IMG/VR virus record: IMGVR_UViG_2529292716_000011
DNA from: a virus
Lineage: Duplodnaviria; Heunggongvirae; Uroviricota; Caudoviricetes
Direction: 5' to 3' (one strand)
Length of the DNA: 48,128 nt
How positions within the stretch are numbered: position 1 is the first letter of the stretch; every line of letters starts with the position of its first letter. The notes under the pieces were generated by a model that worked only from the letters and a program-made list of their open reading frames with translations, made no database searches and was not told the DNA's origin. This document shows, piece by piece, positions 1-10,662 of this stretch. Position numbers and translations under genes: made by a program.

Positions 1-336
1 ATGGCAGAATCATTTGCAACAGGTTCCGATCATCAGGTTGTAAACGAGCTCAACGGGGAAAGACTGAGAGAACCTAACGAAGTTTTTAAACGTTTAGGTC
101 GAGCAATAAGATATAATTTTCAAGTGGACGATGCAAAATTTAGACGCGACAATGTAAAAGAAATAATTTCTAATTTATTCGCTAACAAAGTTGACGTTGA
201 CCATCCTGAAAATAAATACAAAGACTTTAAGGATCTCGAAGATAACGTTGAAAAAAGACTTCAAAATCGCCAGGCGAAATATCAAAATGAAATTAATCAA
301 CTATCTGCGCCAGGTGTTAATTTTGATGATATTTAA
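1..336 (+). CDS. hypothetical protein, C-terminal fragment cut by window start; position upstream of mlaA suggests the yfdF-like neighbour
   Basis: ORF open from base 1, convergent with mlaA, followed by a hairpin terminator; no family recognised from the translation. Confidence 0.4.
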   Translation: MAESFATGSDHQVVNELNGERLREPNEVFKRLGRAIRYNFQVDDAKFRRDNVKEIISNLFANKVDVDHPENKYKDFKDLEDNVEKRLQNRQAKYQNEINQLSAPGVNFDDI

Positions 337-478
337 AATTATTTTTCCAGTTTTTTGATTTTTCAACGCCTGAATATCGGAAATAGTCAGTGACGAACAT
401 CAGTATTTTTACATCATTACGTCCGGGTCATTGTCGGTTTATCTCCTTTTACTTGTGGTAATTGAGGGATAACAACAA

Positions 479-506
479 AAAAGGTGAGTTTTGCGACTCA
501 CCTTTT
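479..506. terminator. bidirectional rho-independent terminator between convergent ORFs
   Basis: ggtgagt / actcacc stem (483-489 with 496-502) flanked by an A-run upstream and a T-run downstream. Confidence 0.6.
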
Positions 507-517
507 TTATTTGTTTC

Positions 518-1273
518 TTATTCAGAATCAATATCTTTTAAATCATCCTGAATCGCTTGTGCGTTCGGATTTTCCTGCGGTTTGAGTTCGCCGCCATTAG
601 CGATGAAATCATGACGCTGGAAGTACGCTTCGCGCACCATAATATAAGGATCGGACGACTGACGCAGCAGACCATCGGAATCCAGCAGCTGAGCGCGGGT
701 TTCGATCCCTTCAAGCGTCCATTTACCCACAGACATCGGCCAGGTCAGCCAGGAAAGAACCGGGTAAAGACCATCCGCCATATCACCACCGTCATCACGC
801 AGCGTGAAGCTACCGTAGAACGGTAACTGAACGTAAGGCCCATAACCCACGCCATAATGACCAAGCGTACTACCGAAGCGGTGAGGTTCAGTCCGTTGCA
901 GTTTCGGGTTCGCCATCCCTGCAACATCAATAAAGCCGCCCATCCCCAAAATGGTGTTCAGGAAAAAGCGGGTAAAGTGGACCATCCCCTGATAAGGGTC
1001 GCCCTGCAAGAAGTAGTTAACCATCACCGCAGGTTCTTCAAGGTTGCCAGTAAAGTTGCTCAAACCATTACGCGCCGGTTGCGGAACATAATCACGCCAG
1101 GCGACAGCGACCGGTCGAACAATATACGGGTCTAATACGTTGAAGTTGAAGTTGTACATGGTGCGGTTGAACCCTTCTAACGGGTCAGAACGCCCTTGCT
1201 GATCTGTACCGGAACTCGCACACCCCACCAGAAGCGTAGTTCCCAGAGCAAGCGCCGACAGGCGAAGCTTCAT
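518..1273 (-). CDS. mlaA: MlaA/VacJ outer-membrane lipoprotein
   Basis: 251 aa; N-terminal lipoprotein signal with LVGC lipobox; translation recognised as MlaA. Confidence 0.9.
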   Translation of the reverse strand: MKLRLSALALGTTLLVGCASSGTDQQGRSDPLEGFNRTMYNFNFNVLDPYIVRPVAVAWRDYVPQPARNGLSNFTGNLEEPAVMVNYFLQGDPYQGMVHFTRFFLNTILGMGGFIDVAGMANPKLQRTEPHRFGSTLGHYGVGYGPYVQLPFYGSFTLRDDGGDMADGLYPVLSWLTWPMSVGKWTLEGIETRAQLLDSDGLLRQSSDPYIMVREAYFQRHDFIANGGELKPQENPNAQAIQDDLKDIDSE

Positions 1274-1566
1274 AAATGTCTCCCTGTTTTTTTATGGCTT
1301 ATGCAGTTTGCCATCCATGACGGAACGATACCGTATCCGCCTGTTTAGGTGTGGGCGATTGTAACAGCACGTCAACTGATGTCCAGACGCCCTGATTTGC
1401 TGATTTGATCATAGCCTGGTAATCGCCGCCCTGTAGGCTACTTGATTCTATAGAAACAGAAAAAGGCAAACGCAGCCTTTTCTACATTTTCAGAGTAACT
1501 CCCGCCAGTTGCGAGCAAAAAAGCCGCTACGCTTTAGCTATACGTGCTAATTCAAGAGAAGAGACC

Positions 1567-2499
1567 ATGGACAACGACAAAATTGATCAACACAGCGACG
1601 AAATTGAAGTTGAGAGCGAAGAAAAAGAGCGCGGCAAAAAAATAGAAATAGATGAAGACCGACTCCCCTCCCGGGCGATGGCAATTCATGAGCATATCCG
1701 CCAGGATGGTGAAAAAGAGCTGGAACGCGACGCAATGGCGCTACTGTGGTCAGCCATTGCGGCGGGTCTGTCGATGGGCGCTTCGTTACTGGCAAAAGGG
1801 ATATTTCATGTCGAACTGGAAGGTGTGCCGGGCAGCTTCTTACTGGAGAATCTCGGTTATACCTTTGGTTTTATTATCGTCATAATGGCCCGCCAGCAAT
1901 TATTTACCGAAAACACCGTGACTGCGGTACTACCCGTCATGCAAAAACCGACAATGAGCAACGTTGGCTTACTTATGCGGTTATGGGGAGTCGTGCTGCT
2001 GGGTAATATTCTCGGGACTGGTATTGCTGCGTGGGCATTTGAATATATGCCTATCTTCAATGAAGAAACTCGCGATGCATTTGTCAAAATCGGCATGGAT
2101 GTGATGAAGAACACCCCCAGCGAGATGTTTGCCAACGCGATCATTTCCGGCTGGCTGATCGCCACTATGGTATGGATGTTTCCTGCAGCAGGTGCGGCAA
2201 AGATTGTGGTGATTATATTGATGACCTGGCTTATTGCCCTAGGTGACACCACCCATATCGTGGTCGGTTCTGTTGAAATCCTCTATCTGGTGTTTAACGG
2301 TACGCTGCACTGGAGCGATTTCATCTGGCCCTTCGCACTACCTACTTTAGCGGGGAACATCTGCGGCGGCACCTTTATCTTCGCGTTAATGAGTCATGCA
2401 CAGATTCGTAACGACATGAGCAACAAGCGTAAAGCAGAAGCACGCCAAAAAGCAGAACGTGCGGAAAACATTAAGAAAAATGATAAAAACCCGGCATAA
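1567..2499 (+). CDS. yfdC: formate/nitrite transporter family inner-membrane protein YfdC
   Basis: 310 aa multi-pass membrane protein; recognised as YfdC; lies between mlaA and argW as in E. coli K-12. Confidence 0.85.
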   Translation: MDNDKIDQHSDEIEVESEEKERGKKIEIDEDRLPSRAMAIHEHIRQDGEKELERDAMALLWSAIAAGLSMGASLLAKGIFHVELEGVPGSFLLENLGYTFGFIIVIMARQQLFTENTVTAVLPVMQKPTMSNVGLLMRLWGVVLLGNILGTGIAAWAFEYMPIFNEETRDAFVKIGMDVMKNTPSEMFANAIISGWLIATMVWMFPAAGAAKIVVIILMTWLIALGDTTHIVVGSVEILYLVFNGTLHWSDFIWPFALPTLAGNICGGTFIFALMSHAQIRNDMSNKRKAEARQKAERAENIKKNDKNPA

Positions 2500-2574
2500 A
2501 TGGCGAGGGTTTAAGCAATCGAGCGGCAGCGTACTTACCCCGCACTCCATTAGCGGGTATACTCATGCCGCATT

Positions 2575-2649
2575 GTCCTCTTAGTTAAATGGATATAACG
2601 AGCCCCTCCTAAGGGCTAATTGCAGGTTCGATTCCTGCAGGGGACACCA
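2575..2649 (+). tRNA. argW: tRNA-Arg (anticodon CCU)
   Basis: 75 nt; 7-bp acceptor stem GTCCTCT with AGGGGAC; anticodon stem agccc/gggct with loop ctCCTaa; 3' CCA encoded. Confidence 0.92.
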
Positions 2650-2810
2650 TTTATCAGTTCGCTCCCATCCGTACCAGTCCGCAAAATCCCCTGAATATCA
2701 AGCCTTCCGTATATTCACGGTTCGTCATGGTTCGCGTCAGATCGTTGACAGCCGCACTCCATGACGGGTAAAAAGTGGATAAAATAATTTTACCCACCGG
2801 ATTTTTACCC

Positions 2811-3968
2811 ATGCTCACCGTTAAGCAGATTGAAGCAGCAAAGCCGAAAGAAAAACCATACCGCCTTCTCGATGGTAATGGCCTGTACCTTTATGTTCCT
2901 GTATCCGGGAAAAAGGTATGGCAGCTTCGCTACAAGATTGACGGTAAGGAGAAAATCCTGACCGTCGGAAAATATCCGCTTATGACTTTGCAGGAAGCAA
3001 GGGATAAGGCATGGACTGCGAGGAAAGACATCTCGGTTGGCATCGTTCCGGTAAAGGCGAAAAAGGCTTCGTCTAACAACAATTCATTTAGTGCGATTTA
3101 CAAGGAATGGTACGAGCACAAGAAGCAAATCTGGTCAGTAGGCTATGCAACTGAACTTGCCAAAATGTTTGATGACGACATTTTACCCATCATCGGCGGT
3201 CTTGAGATTCAGGATATTGAGCCGATGCAACTGCTGGAAGTAATCCGCAGATTTGAAGATCGCGGTGCAATGGAGCGAGCCAACAAAGCCCGCAGAAGAT
3301 GCGGCGAGGTTTTTCGTTACGCTATTGTCACCGGAAGGGCTAAATATAACCCGGCACCTGACCTTGCAGACGCCATGAAAGGATACCGCAAGAAGAACTT
3401 CCCGTTCCTTCCAGCAGACCAGATGCCTGCATTCAACAAAGCACTGGCAACATTTTCAGGAAGTATCGTATCGCTCATTGCGACCAAAGTTTTACGCTAC
3501 ACAGCCCTAAGAACAAAAGAGCTTCGTTCCATGCTATGGAAGAACGTCGATTTTGAAAACAGGATTATCACCATCGACGCCAGTGTGATGAAGGGACGCA
3601 AAATTCATGTGGTCCCGATGTCAGACCAGGTGGTTGAACTTCTCACTACGCTAAGCTCAATCACCAAACCAGTCTCAGAGTTTGTTTTTGCCGGGCGCAA
3701 CGATAAGAAGAAGCCAATCTGCGAGAACGCGGTATTGCTTGTGATCAAACAAATCGGCTATGAAGGTCTGGAAAGCGGTCACGGATTCAGGCATGAATTC
3801 AGCACGATTATGAACGAGCACGAATGGCCTGCTGACGCTATTGAAGTGCAGCTGGCACATGCCAACGGCGGATCTGTGCGCGGTATTTACAACCATGCTC
3901 AGTATCTCGATAAGCGCAGAGAAATGATGCAGTGGTGGGCGGATTGGCTTGATGAAAAAGTGGAGTAA
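2811..3968 (+). CDS. intS: P4-type tyrosine integrase (IntS-like)
   Basis: Integrase translation immediately downstream of the tRNA 3' end; start chosen at ATG 2811 (MLTVKQIEAAK, 385 aa); the ORF track's upstream start 2775 gives 397 aa. Confidence 0.85.
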   Translation: MLTVKQIEAAKPKEKPYRLLDGNGLYLYVPVSGKKVWQLRYKIDGKEKILTVGKYPLMTLQEARDKAWTARKDISVGIVPVKAKKASSNNNSFSAIYKEWYEHKKQIWSVGYATELAKMFDDDILPIIGGLEIQDIEPMQLLEVIRRFEDRGAMERANKARRRCGEVFRYAIVTGRAKYNPAPDLADAMKGYRKKNFPFLPADQMPAFNKALATFSGSIVSLIATKVLRYTALRTKELRSMLWKNVDFENRIITIDASVMKGRKIHVVPMSDQVVELLTTLSSITKPVSEFVFAGRNDKKKPICENAVLLVIKQIGYEGLESGHGFRHEFSTIMNEHEWPADAIEVQLAHANGGSVRGIYNHAQYLDKRREMMQWWADWLDEKVE

Positions 3969-4114
3969 TCCGGACCGTACTTCTTTATCCAGGCATAAAG
4001 GCTGTGGGTAGTGATATCGAGACGTGTTGCAACGCTGGCAACAGAATAACCGCGATCAACAACCTGTTTGACTGCTTCAGTTTTAAACTCTTCGGGATAA
4101 CGCTTACCGCTCAT
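3969..4114 (-). pseudogene. IS3-family transposase OrfA, N-terminal fragment (truncated)
   Basis: HTH-type OrfA start (ATG at 4112-4114); similarity ends at KKYGPD, after which the frame reads the antisense of the intS 3' end. Confidence 0.6.
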
Positions 4115-4177
4115 GGGCACCTCTCTTTAAGCCATCTTAAATGACTCTGAGGTGTCTGTTAAACCCGTGGCGATTCA

Positions 4178-4630
4178 AAACTGCGTGTTACGTTCGCCCT
4201 GGACTGTTGCGATCGTGAAGCCATAGACTGGGCCGCAAGCACGGGAGGTTACGATAAAGCGACAGTGCAGGATGTCATGTTAGGAGCGATAGAAAAACGC
4301 TTTGGCGATAAAGTACCGGAACAGTCCATCCAGTGGCTGACAGATAACGGTTCAGCGTATAGAGCGCATGAAACACGGCAGTTCGCCAGAGAGTTGAATC
4401 TGGAGCCCTGCACAACGGCAATCAGCAGTCCTCAGAGTAATGGAATGGCAGAAAGGTTCGTGAAAACGATGAAGGAAGACTACATCGCGTTCATGCCGAA
4501 ACCGAATGTAAGAACGGCATTGCATAATCTTGCAGTGGCGATCGAACATTACAATGAAAACCATCCGCACAGTGCGCTGGGTTATCGCTCTCCGCGAGAA
4601 TATCGACGTCAGCGGGTAACGTTAACTTAA
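4178..4630 (+). pseudogene. IS2-group transposase OrfB, C-terminal fragment (no start codon)
   Basis: In-frame similarity to IS2 InsD begins near 4178 ([14 protein letters not shown]) upstream of the first Met at 4265; DDE-domain C-terminus present. Confidence 0.65.
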
Positions 4631-4671
4631 GATACACCCCCTGTCTGGAAATAAGGGGGCAAGAACAATGA

Positions 4672-5414
4672 TCAGATTCCCTGGTGAGTAAGAATTTTAC
4701 TTTCTGAACTCCTCTGAGAGTATTGACTTGGAGAAACACCAAAATAACGTCTAAATACATAAGTAAAGTATGAGACACTGGCATAACCACAGACCTTAGC
4801 TACTTTACTAATAGGATAACAACGAGTGCTGAGTAAATATTCAGCCATTTGCATCCTCTCATCAAGTATGATCTTACTGAATGATACCCCCTCTTCTTTC
4901 AATTTCATCTTTAGTAAACTTTCGCTGAGATATAATCTTGATGATATATCCTTAAGACGCCATGGTGCAGATAAATCCGTATGAATAATCGTTTTAACTT
5001 TAGCCCTGTGCTTTTCAAACATCCAAACAGAAATACTCCAAATTGTTTTTCAGAAGAAAATGCAGAGAGACATGTAAAAGCAATAGACTCATCAAAAATT
5101 TCTATGTATTCAGCACAGTGATTAGCCCAACTAATTAATCCTTTAATTAAACTGAAGTCAGCAAAGTTTATTTTTAAATAAGATAGATATTCCCTACAAT
5201 CAGAAATATCCCTTAAGTTATTAGCTTTCAAATAGCGACTAATAAACTCAGCGCCAAAATCCGCCACTATCACTCTTTCAGGATATGTCAGGAAAAAATC
5301 TCTAGAGCTAGAGTCGACAAGTACAGATGAACCTCTCTCCAGAAACACACTCTCTTTTCCGAAATAAACATCAAAGGACTCCAAAATCAATATAACTGAA
5401 CATGTAGTTGCCAT
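4672..5414 (-). pseudogene. AraC/XylS-family regulator (AppY/YdeO/GadX-like), frameshifted
   Basis: N-terminal ORF 4911-5423 and C-terminal HTH ORF 4672-5022 overlap in different frames; C-terminus matches the AraC HTH signature (WRLKDISSRLYLSESLLKMKLKEEG...CGYASVSYF); AT-rich. Confidence 0.6.
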
Positions 5415-5444
5415 ATCATCCACCCAATTGGTAATGACTCCAAC

Positions 5445-5948
5445 TTATTGATAGTGTTTTATGTTCAGATAATGCCCGATGACTTTGTCATGCAGCTCCA
5501 CCGATTTTGAGAACGACAGCGACTTCCGTCCCAGCCGTGCCAGGTGCTGCCTCAGATTCAGGTTATGCCGCTCAATTCGCTGCGTATATCGCTTGCTGAT
5601 TACGTGCAGCTTTCCCTTCAGGCGGGATTCATACAGCGGCCAGCCATCCGTCATCCATATCACCACGTCAAAGGGTGACAGCAGGCTCATAAGACGCCCC
5701 AGCGTCGCCATAGTGCGTTCACCGAATACGTGCGCAACAACCGTCTTCCGGAGACTGTCATACGCGTAAAACAGCCAGCGCTGGCGCGATTTAGCCCCGA
5801 CATAGCCCCACTGTTCGTCCATTTCCGCGCAGACGATGACGTCACTGCCCGGCTGTATGCGCGAGGTTACCGACTGCGGCCTGAGTTTTTTAAGTGACGT
5901 AAAATCGTGTTGAGGCCAACGCCCATAATGCGTGCAGTTGCCCGGCAT
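5445..5948 (-). CDS. insB: IS1 InsB frame (expressed as InsAB' by -1 frameshift)
   Basis: 167-aa ORF; A6C slippery motif present upstream. Confidence 0.9.
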
Positions 5949-6142
5949 CCAACGCCATTCATGGCCATATCAATGATTTTCTGGTGCGTACCGGGTTGAG
6001 AAGCGGTGTAAGTGAACTGCAGTTGCCATGTTTTACGGCAGTGAGAGCAGAGATAGCGCTGATGTCCGGCAGTGCTTTTGCCGTTACGCACCACCCCGTC
6101 AGTAGCTGAACAGGAGGGACAGCTGATAGAAACAGAAGCCAC
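5867..6142 (-). CDS. insA: IS1 InsA
   Basis: 91 aa, [16 protein letters not shown]...; zinc-finger/HTH protein of IS1. Confidence 0.92.
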
Positions 6143-6946
6143 TGGAGCACCTCAAAAACACCATCATACACTAAATCAGTAAGTTGGCAGCATCACCAGC
6201 CTTCTTGAGGCTACCACCTGTTTTCAGGTGTCATTCAGACGTGATTTGCCCCAGATTGGGAAAGCACGCTTTTTTCTCAGCTATCGTCCTCTTATTTTGC
6301 CGTTACATTTCTTTTTGCATTCTAATGATTAATTTACAATAATAATATCGGTAATTATTGAGTAATAATAAATTAATTATTGCAAATGTAATTTAATTCC
6401 ATCTTCGCGTTATATTCCAATCTTTAATCTCCGCATGGAACAAGTTGCATGCGTGACTATATTAAGACGACTTATAACCACCAAAACATTTGCTTTGCAA
6501 GCAAAAACAGTGACCATTGACTCTAAGAAAATTCCGATCTATTGTTAGGGTCATCAAAGTTACTTAACAGTATTCCGAAATGAAAATACAAAGCAAGCTA
6601 ATTGTCTTATTAAACATTATTATTGCATTTATATTATTTGAGCTTTTAGCTCAAAAATTTGGTTTGAGTACATTATTTTAAAGCAAGATAAACAATATCG
6701 GGCACTCTAGTTTTTATAATTAACAATTAAACGTCCATAAAATGTTATTTACTTTTCTTCGCTATTGTCATATCTTAATATAGTGGCTTACGCCACTCTA
6801 CTTTCATCACATTTTGTACGTTTATGTACTCGCCATGAAGCTCTTTCATGGCGATTTTTTATTCTTAATCCAAGAACATACTCCCTACCTATAGCAAAAT
6901 CACTTTTTTAACAAAAGAATAACGTATTTAGGTAATCATTACGAAT

Positions 6947-7528
6947 TTACCCTATAGGTGCTACTGGCCATTCAATATCCGGTGCAGTTGATGTATCAAC
7001 ACGGTTCAGCAACACCCGATACTTTTTCCAAGCTTCCAGCAACAAGGTTTCTTTCTCCGTTGCGATCTCCAGATCCACAGCATCCTGAAGCGGCGCTATA
7101 TGCTCACTGGCTACCTGCATCAGGCTGTTTTTTGTTTCTTCCGCCTCCCGGATCCGGAACAGTTTTTCTGCTTCCGTATCCTTCACCCAGGCTGTGCCGT
7201 TCCACTTCTGAAACTCCCCTTCCGGGGATAACCAGGTGACATTTTCCGGTAATGAGCCGAGTTCAGAAATAAATAACGCGTCGCCGGAAGCCACGTCATA
7301 AACCGTTTTACCCCGATGATCTTCAACGAGATGCCACGATGACTCATCACTGTTGAAAACAGCCACGAAACCAGCCGGAATATCTGGCGGTGCAATATCG
7401 GTACTGTTTGCAGGCAGACCTGTATGAGGCGGAATATATGCGTCACCTTCACCAATAAATTCATTAGTTCCGGCCAGCAGGTTATAAATTTTTATGGTCC
7501 GTGCTTGTTCACTCATTCTGAATGCCAT
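6947..7528 (-). CDS. tfa: tail fiber assembly protein Tfa
   Basis: 193 aa; lambda Tfa-like translation; start overlaps the stf stop. Confidence 0.85.
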   Translation of the reverse strand: MAFRMSEQARTIKIYNLLAGTNEFIGEGDAYIPPHTGLPANSTDIAPPDIPAGFVAVFNSDESSWHLVEDHRGKTVYDVASGDALFISELGSLPENVTWLSPEGEFQKWNGTAWVKDTEAEKLFRIREAEETKNSLMQVASEHIAPLQDAVDLEIATEKETLLLEAWKKYRVLLNRVDTSTAPDIEWPVAPIG

Positions 7529-10500
7529 TATGCGAGCCTCACAATATAGTTAAATGCGATGTTTTTGACGGTGTTTTCCGCGTTACCAGCAGCGTTAACG
7601 GTGATGGTGTGTCCATGTGAACCAATCGCAACAGAGTGCGTATGAGCACCAATACCGACAGTATGCGCGTGTGCACCCGCAGATGCTGCTGTGCCGGACA
7701 GTGAGTGTGTATGGTTTCCTTCTGAAGATGATTTACCTACCCATTGGGAGGTGCCACTGGTTAATGAGCCACTGATACCAACCTGATTAGTCCCGCTAAC
7801 TTGAGTACTCCCTGCCGGAAACATTCCAGTAGGTTGACTCCCGCTATTCGTTCTGGGCCCAGTCTGACTATGTTGGTGGGCCCCAGCTGAACTTGTAGAG
7901 CCGCTCAGACTGTGCGTATGCGCCCCGGTGTTATTCGTGGATTTAGTGCCGTAATCAAACGACGATGTGGTTTTCGTCCCCAAATCCGTACTGGATGCGC
8001 TGGCGCTGTGGGTGTGCGATTTAATGCCATCCTGTTCCTGAGACAATACGGCACGACCACTGGCGGGCTTGCCCTTAATCGTCCAGCCACGCATATCAGG
8101 GATCACGCCTGACGGATAAGCGGCTGCAAGTTTCGGGTAAGCAGATTTGTCAAAAGTCTGCCCCTGCATCAGGGCATAACCAGACGGAACGGTATCTGAT
8201 GGCCACGGGATTGGTGCACCGACTGGATAAAACTCTGCAGGAGGATGAGCCGAGGTGTAAAGCTGCGCCCACGGCGACCAGTTTGCGTCGGTCGTATCCC
8301 GTCGTGAACGAATAAATGCCGGAGCATGAGCACCGCTTGTACCACTCCAGCCGATGAGTAACTCACCTTCGCCAACGGCTGTCATCCCTTTCAGGTGAAT
8401 GATATTTCCATACGCTGTTGGATATCCGTTGTTATACACCTCGTATAACTCAAGACCTGCTGCCCCCTGCGTATTGTCTGTCAGCGCGGCTACCCGACCT
8501 TTTGAAGCCAGATTAACTGATGATACTGCTGTTCCACCTGACGGTAGCGCCCCGATCTCTGATGCCGTTGGCTTATTTCTGGAGTTATAGTCCCTTCGCC
8601 AGCCAGGTGAATAATCTGTTCCGTGATTAATATAGGTAAACTGGGCGTTGGTTGTTCCGCCACCGCTGGATGTGGTCGGAGTGGTAATGCGGATCGTCAT
8701 CGCTGACTTTATCCCCATTACTTCAATGACAGCTCCGGCGAGATGAATATTACCGCAGCCAGTATCAGTAATGATTTTATTATTGCCATAAGACCAGGAA
8801 CCCTTGCACATCCAGTATGGATGGTTAAATGCTCCCTGAGAATCCAGCCACTCGATAAACTGTGCAGTCGTCCAGTTTCCTGTTGTTGTGCTTACTGACC
8901 CACCGAAGGCACGGCAGGCACCAATATTTTTCGTAAAGGTGTCTTTGCCAGGGATATCCGCACCGTTCTGATCTTTCTGCAGACGTTTCTCAGCATTGTC
9001 ATTGGCTGCTTTTACTGCCTTTGGCGTTGCCGCCAGCGTTTCAGACGTGCTGTTGGTCGCGCTGCTTAGCTGGATTATCCCTTTCTGTGCTGTCGTTGCA
9101 TCCTGTGCGGTGTATTTCCCGTTAGCCAGGTCATACGCGGCCTTAACGGCTTTTGGTGTTGCCGCCAGTGACTCGGAAGTGCTGTTAGTCGCACTACTGA
9201 GCTGTACTATCCCCTTTTTCGTCGTGCTCGCATCCTCAAGCGCCACGGCGGATGCAATATCCTCTGCCCGTTTTGCCGCTGTCTCAGCGCGCGTTGCTGC
9301 AGATTCCGCCGTACTTTTGCTCTGAGCTGCTGCCGTCGCACTACCAGCAGCCTCTGTCGCCTTCGTGGATGCCGTCGTGGCGCTGCCCTTCGCTGCTGAC
9401 GCCTGTCTGGTCGCCTCATCTTTTGAAGCAGACGCCGATGATGCCGATGACGCCGCCGAACTGGCGGACGATGCGGCAGCCGTTTTTGAGGATTCTGCAC
9501 GGGTTTCCGACGCTTTCGCGTTCGTTTCGGATGTCTTCGCTGCGGAAGCTGACCTCGCTGCTGCCGTGGCCTGCTCAGTGGCTTCGCCAGCCTTCGTTGT
9601 GGCTGTTGAAGCGGATGATGCGGCGCTTTCTGCCGATTTTCCGGCGGCGGTGGCACTGGCTGAGGCCTGCCCGGCACTTGTTGACGCGGCGCTGGCAGAC
9701 GACGCAGCCGCTGTTTTTGAGCCTGCCGCAGCTGAGGCACTCTGTCCCGCTGCCGTTTCAGAAGACCTGGCGTTCGTCTCGGACGTTTTGGCCGCCTTCG
9801 CAGAATTTGCAGCCGCCGTCGCCGAGGAAGCTGCGCTACTGGCGCTTGATGATGCGTTCGTTTCTGATGATTTTGCCGCCTCTTTTGAAGCCGACGCATC
9901 CCGGGCTGAGGTGGCAGCTTCTGACGCTTTCGTGGTCGCGGTGGATGCAGAAGTGGCTGCTGATTGTTGTGACGCTGCCGCATTCGTTTCTAACGTTTTC
10001 GCCGCACCGGCACTGGTAGCCGCCGCGCTTTTTGAGGACTCTGCAGCGGCAGCACTTTTTGAGGCTTCAGTGGCCTTTGTTGATGCCGTTCCTGCGCTGG
10101 AAGACGCTGACTGAGCCGACGAAGCGGCCTGTCCGGCTGACGTGCTGGCTGCACGTGCTGAATCTGCAGCATCAGTCGCATGGGTTGCCGCCTCACGGGC
10201 TGATGTGCTGGCATCGCTGGCTGATTTCTTCGCGGCTGCCGTGTTCTGTGCCACCGCGGACGCGTTACGCGCCACCTCTTCCACCATCAGCTCAAAACGG
10301 CGCAGTGCCTCCGGACGGGCATCATCCTCCGTCATGGCACCGAGAAAATCATTCAGCGTACCGGGTCGGGAATCTTCATACACGGTGATGGTCCCGGCAT
10401 GTGACGGCGGGAATCCTTCCACCAACAGAATAACGCTGTACTGACCGTACTCAACGTCCATGCTGTAACGCCCGGCTTCATCCGGATTTTCTGAGGCCAG

Positions 10501-10617
10501 CGTGTTCACCACCACCGTGGTGCTGTTACGTTTTGCTTTCAGCTGGATTGTGCAGTTCTGTACCGGTTTTCCTGTGCCGTCTTTCAGTACACCTGAAATC
10601 TTTACTGCCATATTCAC
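7528..10617 (-). CDS. stf: side tail fiber protein Stf with expanded Ala/Ser/Thr-rich repeat shaft
   Basis: 1029 aa; lambda Stf-like N-terminus, long low-complexity repeat core, His/Gly-rich C-terminal receptor domain (HTHS, HAHT motifs). Confidence 0.8.
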   Translation of the reverse strand: MNMAVKISGVLKDGTGKPVQNCTIQLKAKRNSTTVVVNTLASENPDEAGRYSMDVEYGQYSVILLVEGFPPSHAGTITVYEDSRPGTLNDFLGAMTEDDARPEALRRFELMVEEVARNASAVAQNTAAAKKSASDASTSAREAATHATDAADSARAASTSAGQAASSAQSASSSAGTASTKATEASKSAAAAESSKSAAATSAGAAKTLETNAAASQQSAATSASTATTKASEAATSARDASASKEAAKSSETNASSSASSAASSATAAANSAKAAKTSETNARSSETAAGQSASAAAGSKTAAASSASAASTSAGQASASATAAGKSAESAASSASTATTKAGEATEQATAAARSASAAKTSETNAKASETRAESSKTAAASSASSAASSASSASASKDEATRQASAAKGSATTASTKATEAAGSATAAAQSKSTAESAATRAETAAKRAEDIASAVALEDASTTKKGIVQLSSATNSTSESLAATPKAVKAAYDLANGKYTAQDATTAQKGIIQLSSATNSTSETLAATPKAVKAANDNAEKRLQKDQNGADIPGKDTFTKNIGACRAFGGSVSTTTGNWTTAQFIEWLDSQGAFNHPYWMCKGSWSYGNNKIITDTGCGNIHLAGAVIEVMGIKSAMTIRITTPTTSSGGGTTNAQFTYINHGTDYSPGWRRDYNSRNKPTASEIGALPSGGTAVSSVNLASKGRVAALTDNTQGAAGLELYEVYNNGYPTAYGNIIHLKGMTAVGEGELLIGWSGTSGAHAPAFIRSRRDTTDANWSPWAQLYTSAHPPAEFYPVGAPIPWPSDTVPSGYALMQGQTFDKSAYPKLAAAYPSGVIPDMRGWTIKGKPASGRAVLSQEQDGIKSHTHSASASSTDLGTKTTSSFDYGTKSTNNTGAHTHSLSGSTSSAGAHQHSQTGPRTNSGSQPTGMFPAGSTQVSGTNQVGISGSLTSGTSQWVGKSSSEGNHTHSLSGTAASAGAHAHTVGIGAHTHSVAIGSHGHTITVNAAGNAENTVKNIAFNYIVRLA

Positions 10618-10662
10618 CCCACAAAAAAGCCCGCCTGAACCGGCGGGCTGTCATAACACTGT

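Larger units (their letters stand above)
3969..4630. mobile_element. IS3-family (IS2-group-like) remnants; orfA and orfB fragments in opposite orientation
   Basis: Minus-strand orfA N-terminus (MSGKRYPEEFK...WIKKYGPD) abuts the intS stop; plus-strand orfB C-terminus resembles IS2 InsD (VQDVMLGA...[14 protein letters not shown]). Confidence 0.65.
5430..6197 (-). mobile_element. IS1 copy 1 (768 bp, complete)
   Basis: Terminal repeats ggtaatgactcc (5430) and ggcagcatcacc (ends 6197); insA and insB ORFs; no matching flanking direct repeat. Confidence 0.95.

Noticed and set aside
1652-2252. Alternative-frame and antisense ORFs inside yfdC
   Set aside because: They overlap a well-supported membrane-transporter frame and have no independent support
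5479-5769. 96-aa ORF antisense to insB, repeated in every IS1 copy (35829-36119, 43439-43729, 47465-47755)
   Set aside because: It is carried within IS1 and antisense to the conserved transposase frame; no evidence of an independent gene
9207-10444. Several long ORFs (up to 258 aa, Arg/Pro/Gln-rich or Ala/Asp-rich) overlapping stf on both strands
   Set aside because: They are alternative-frame readings of the stf low-complexity repeat region; their composition is a frame artefact and the Stf frame is the one continuous with the conserved N- and C-terminal domains
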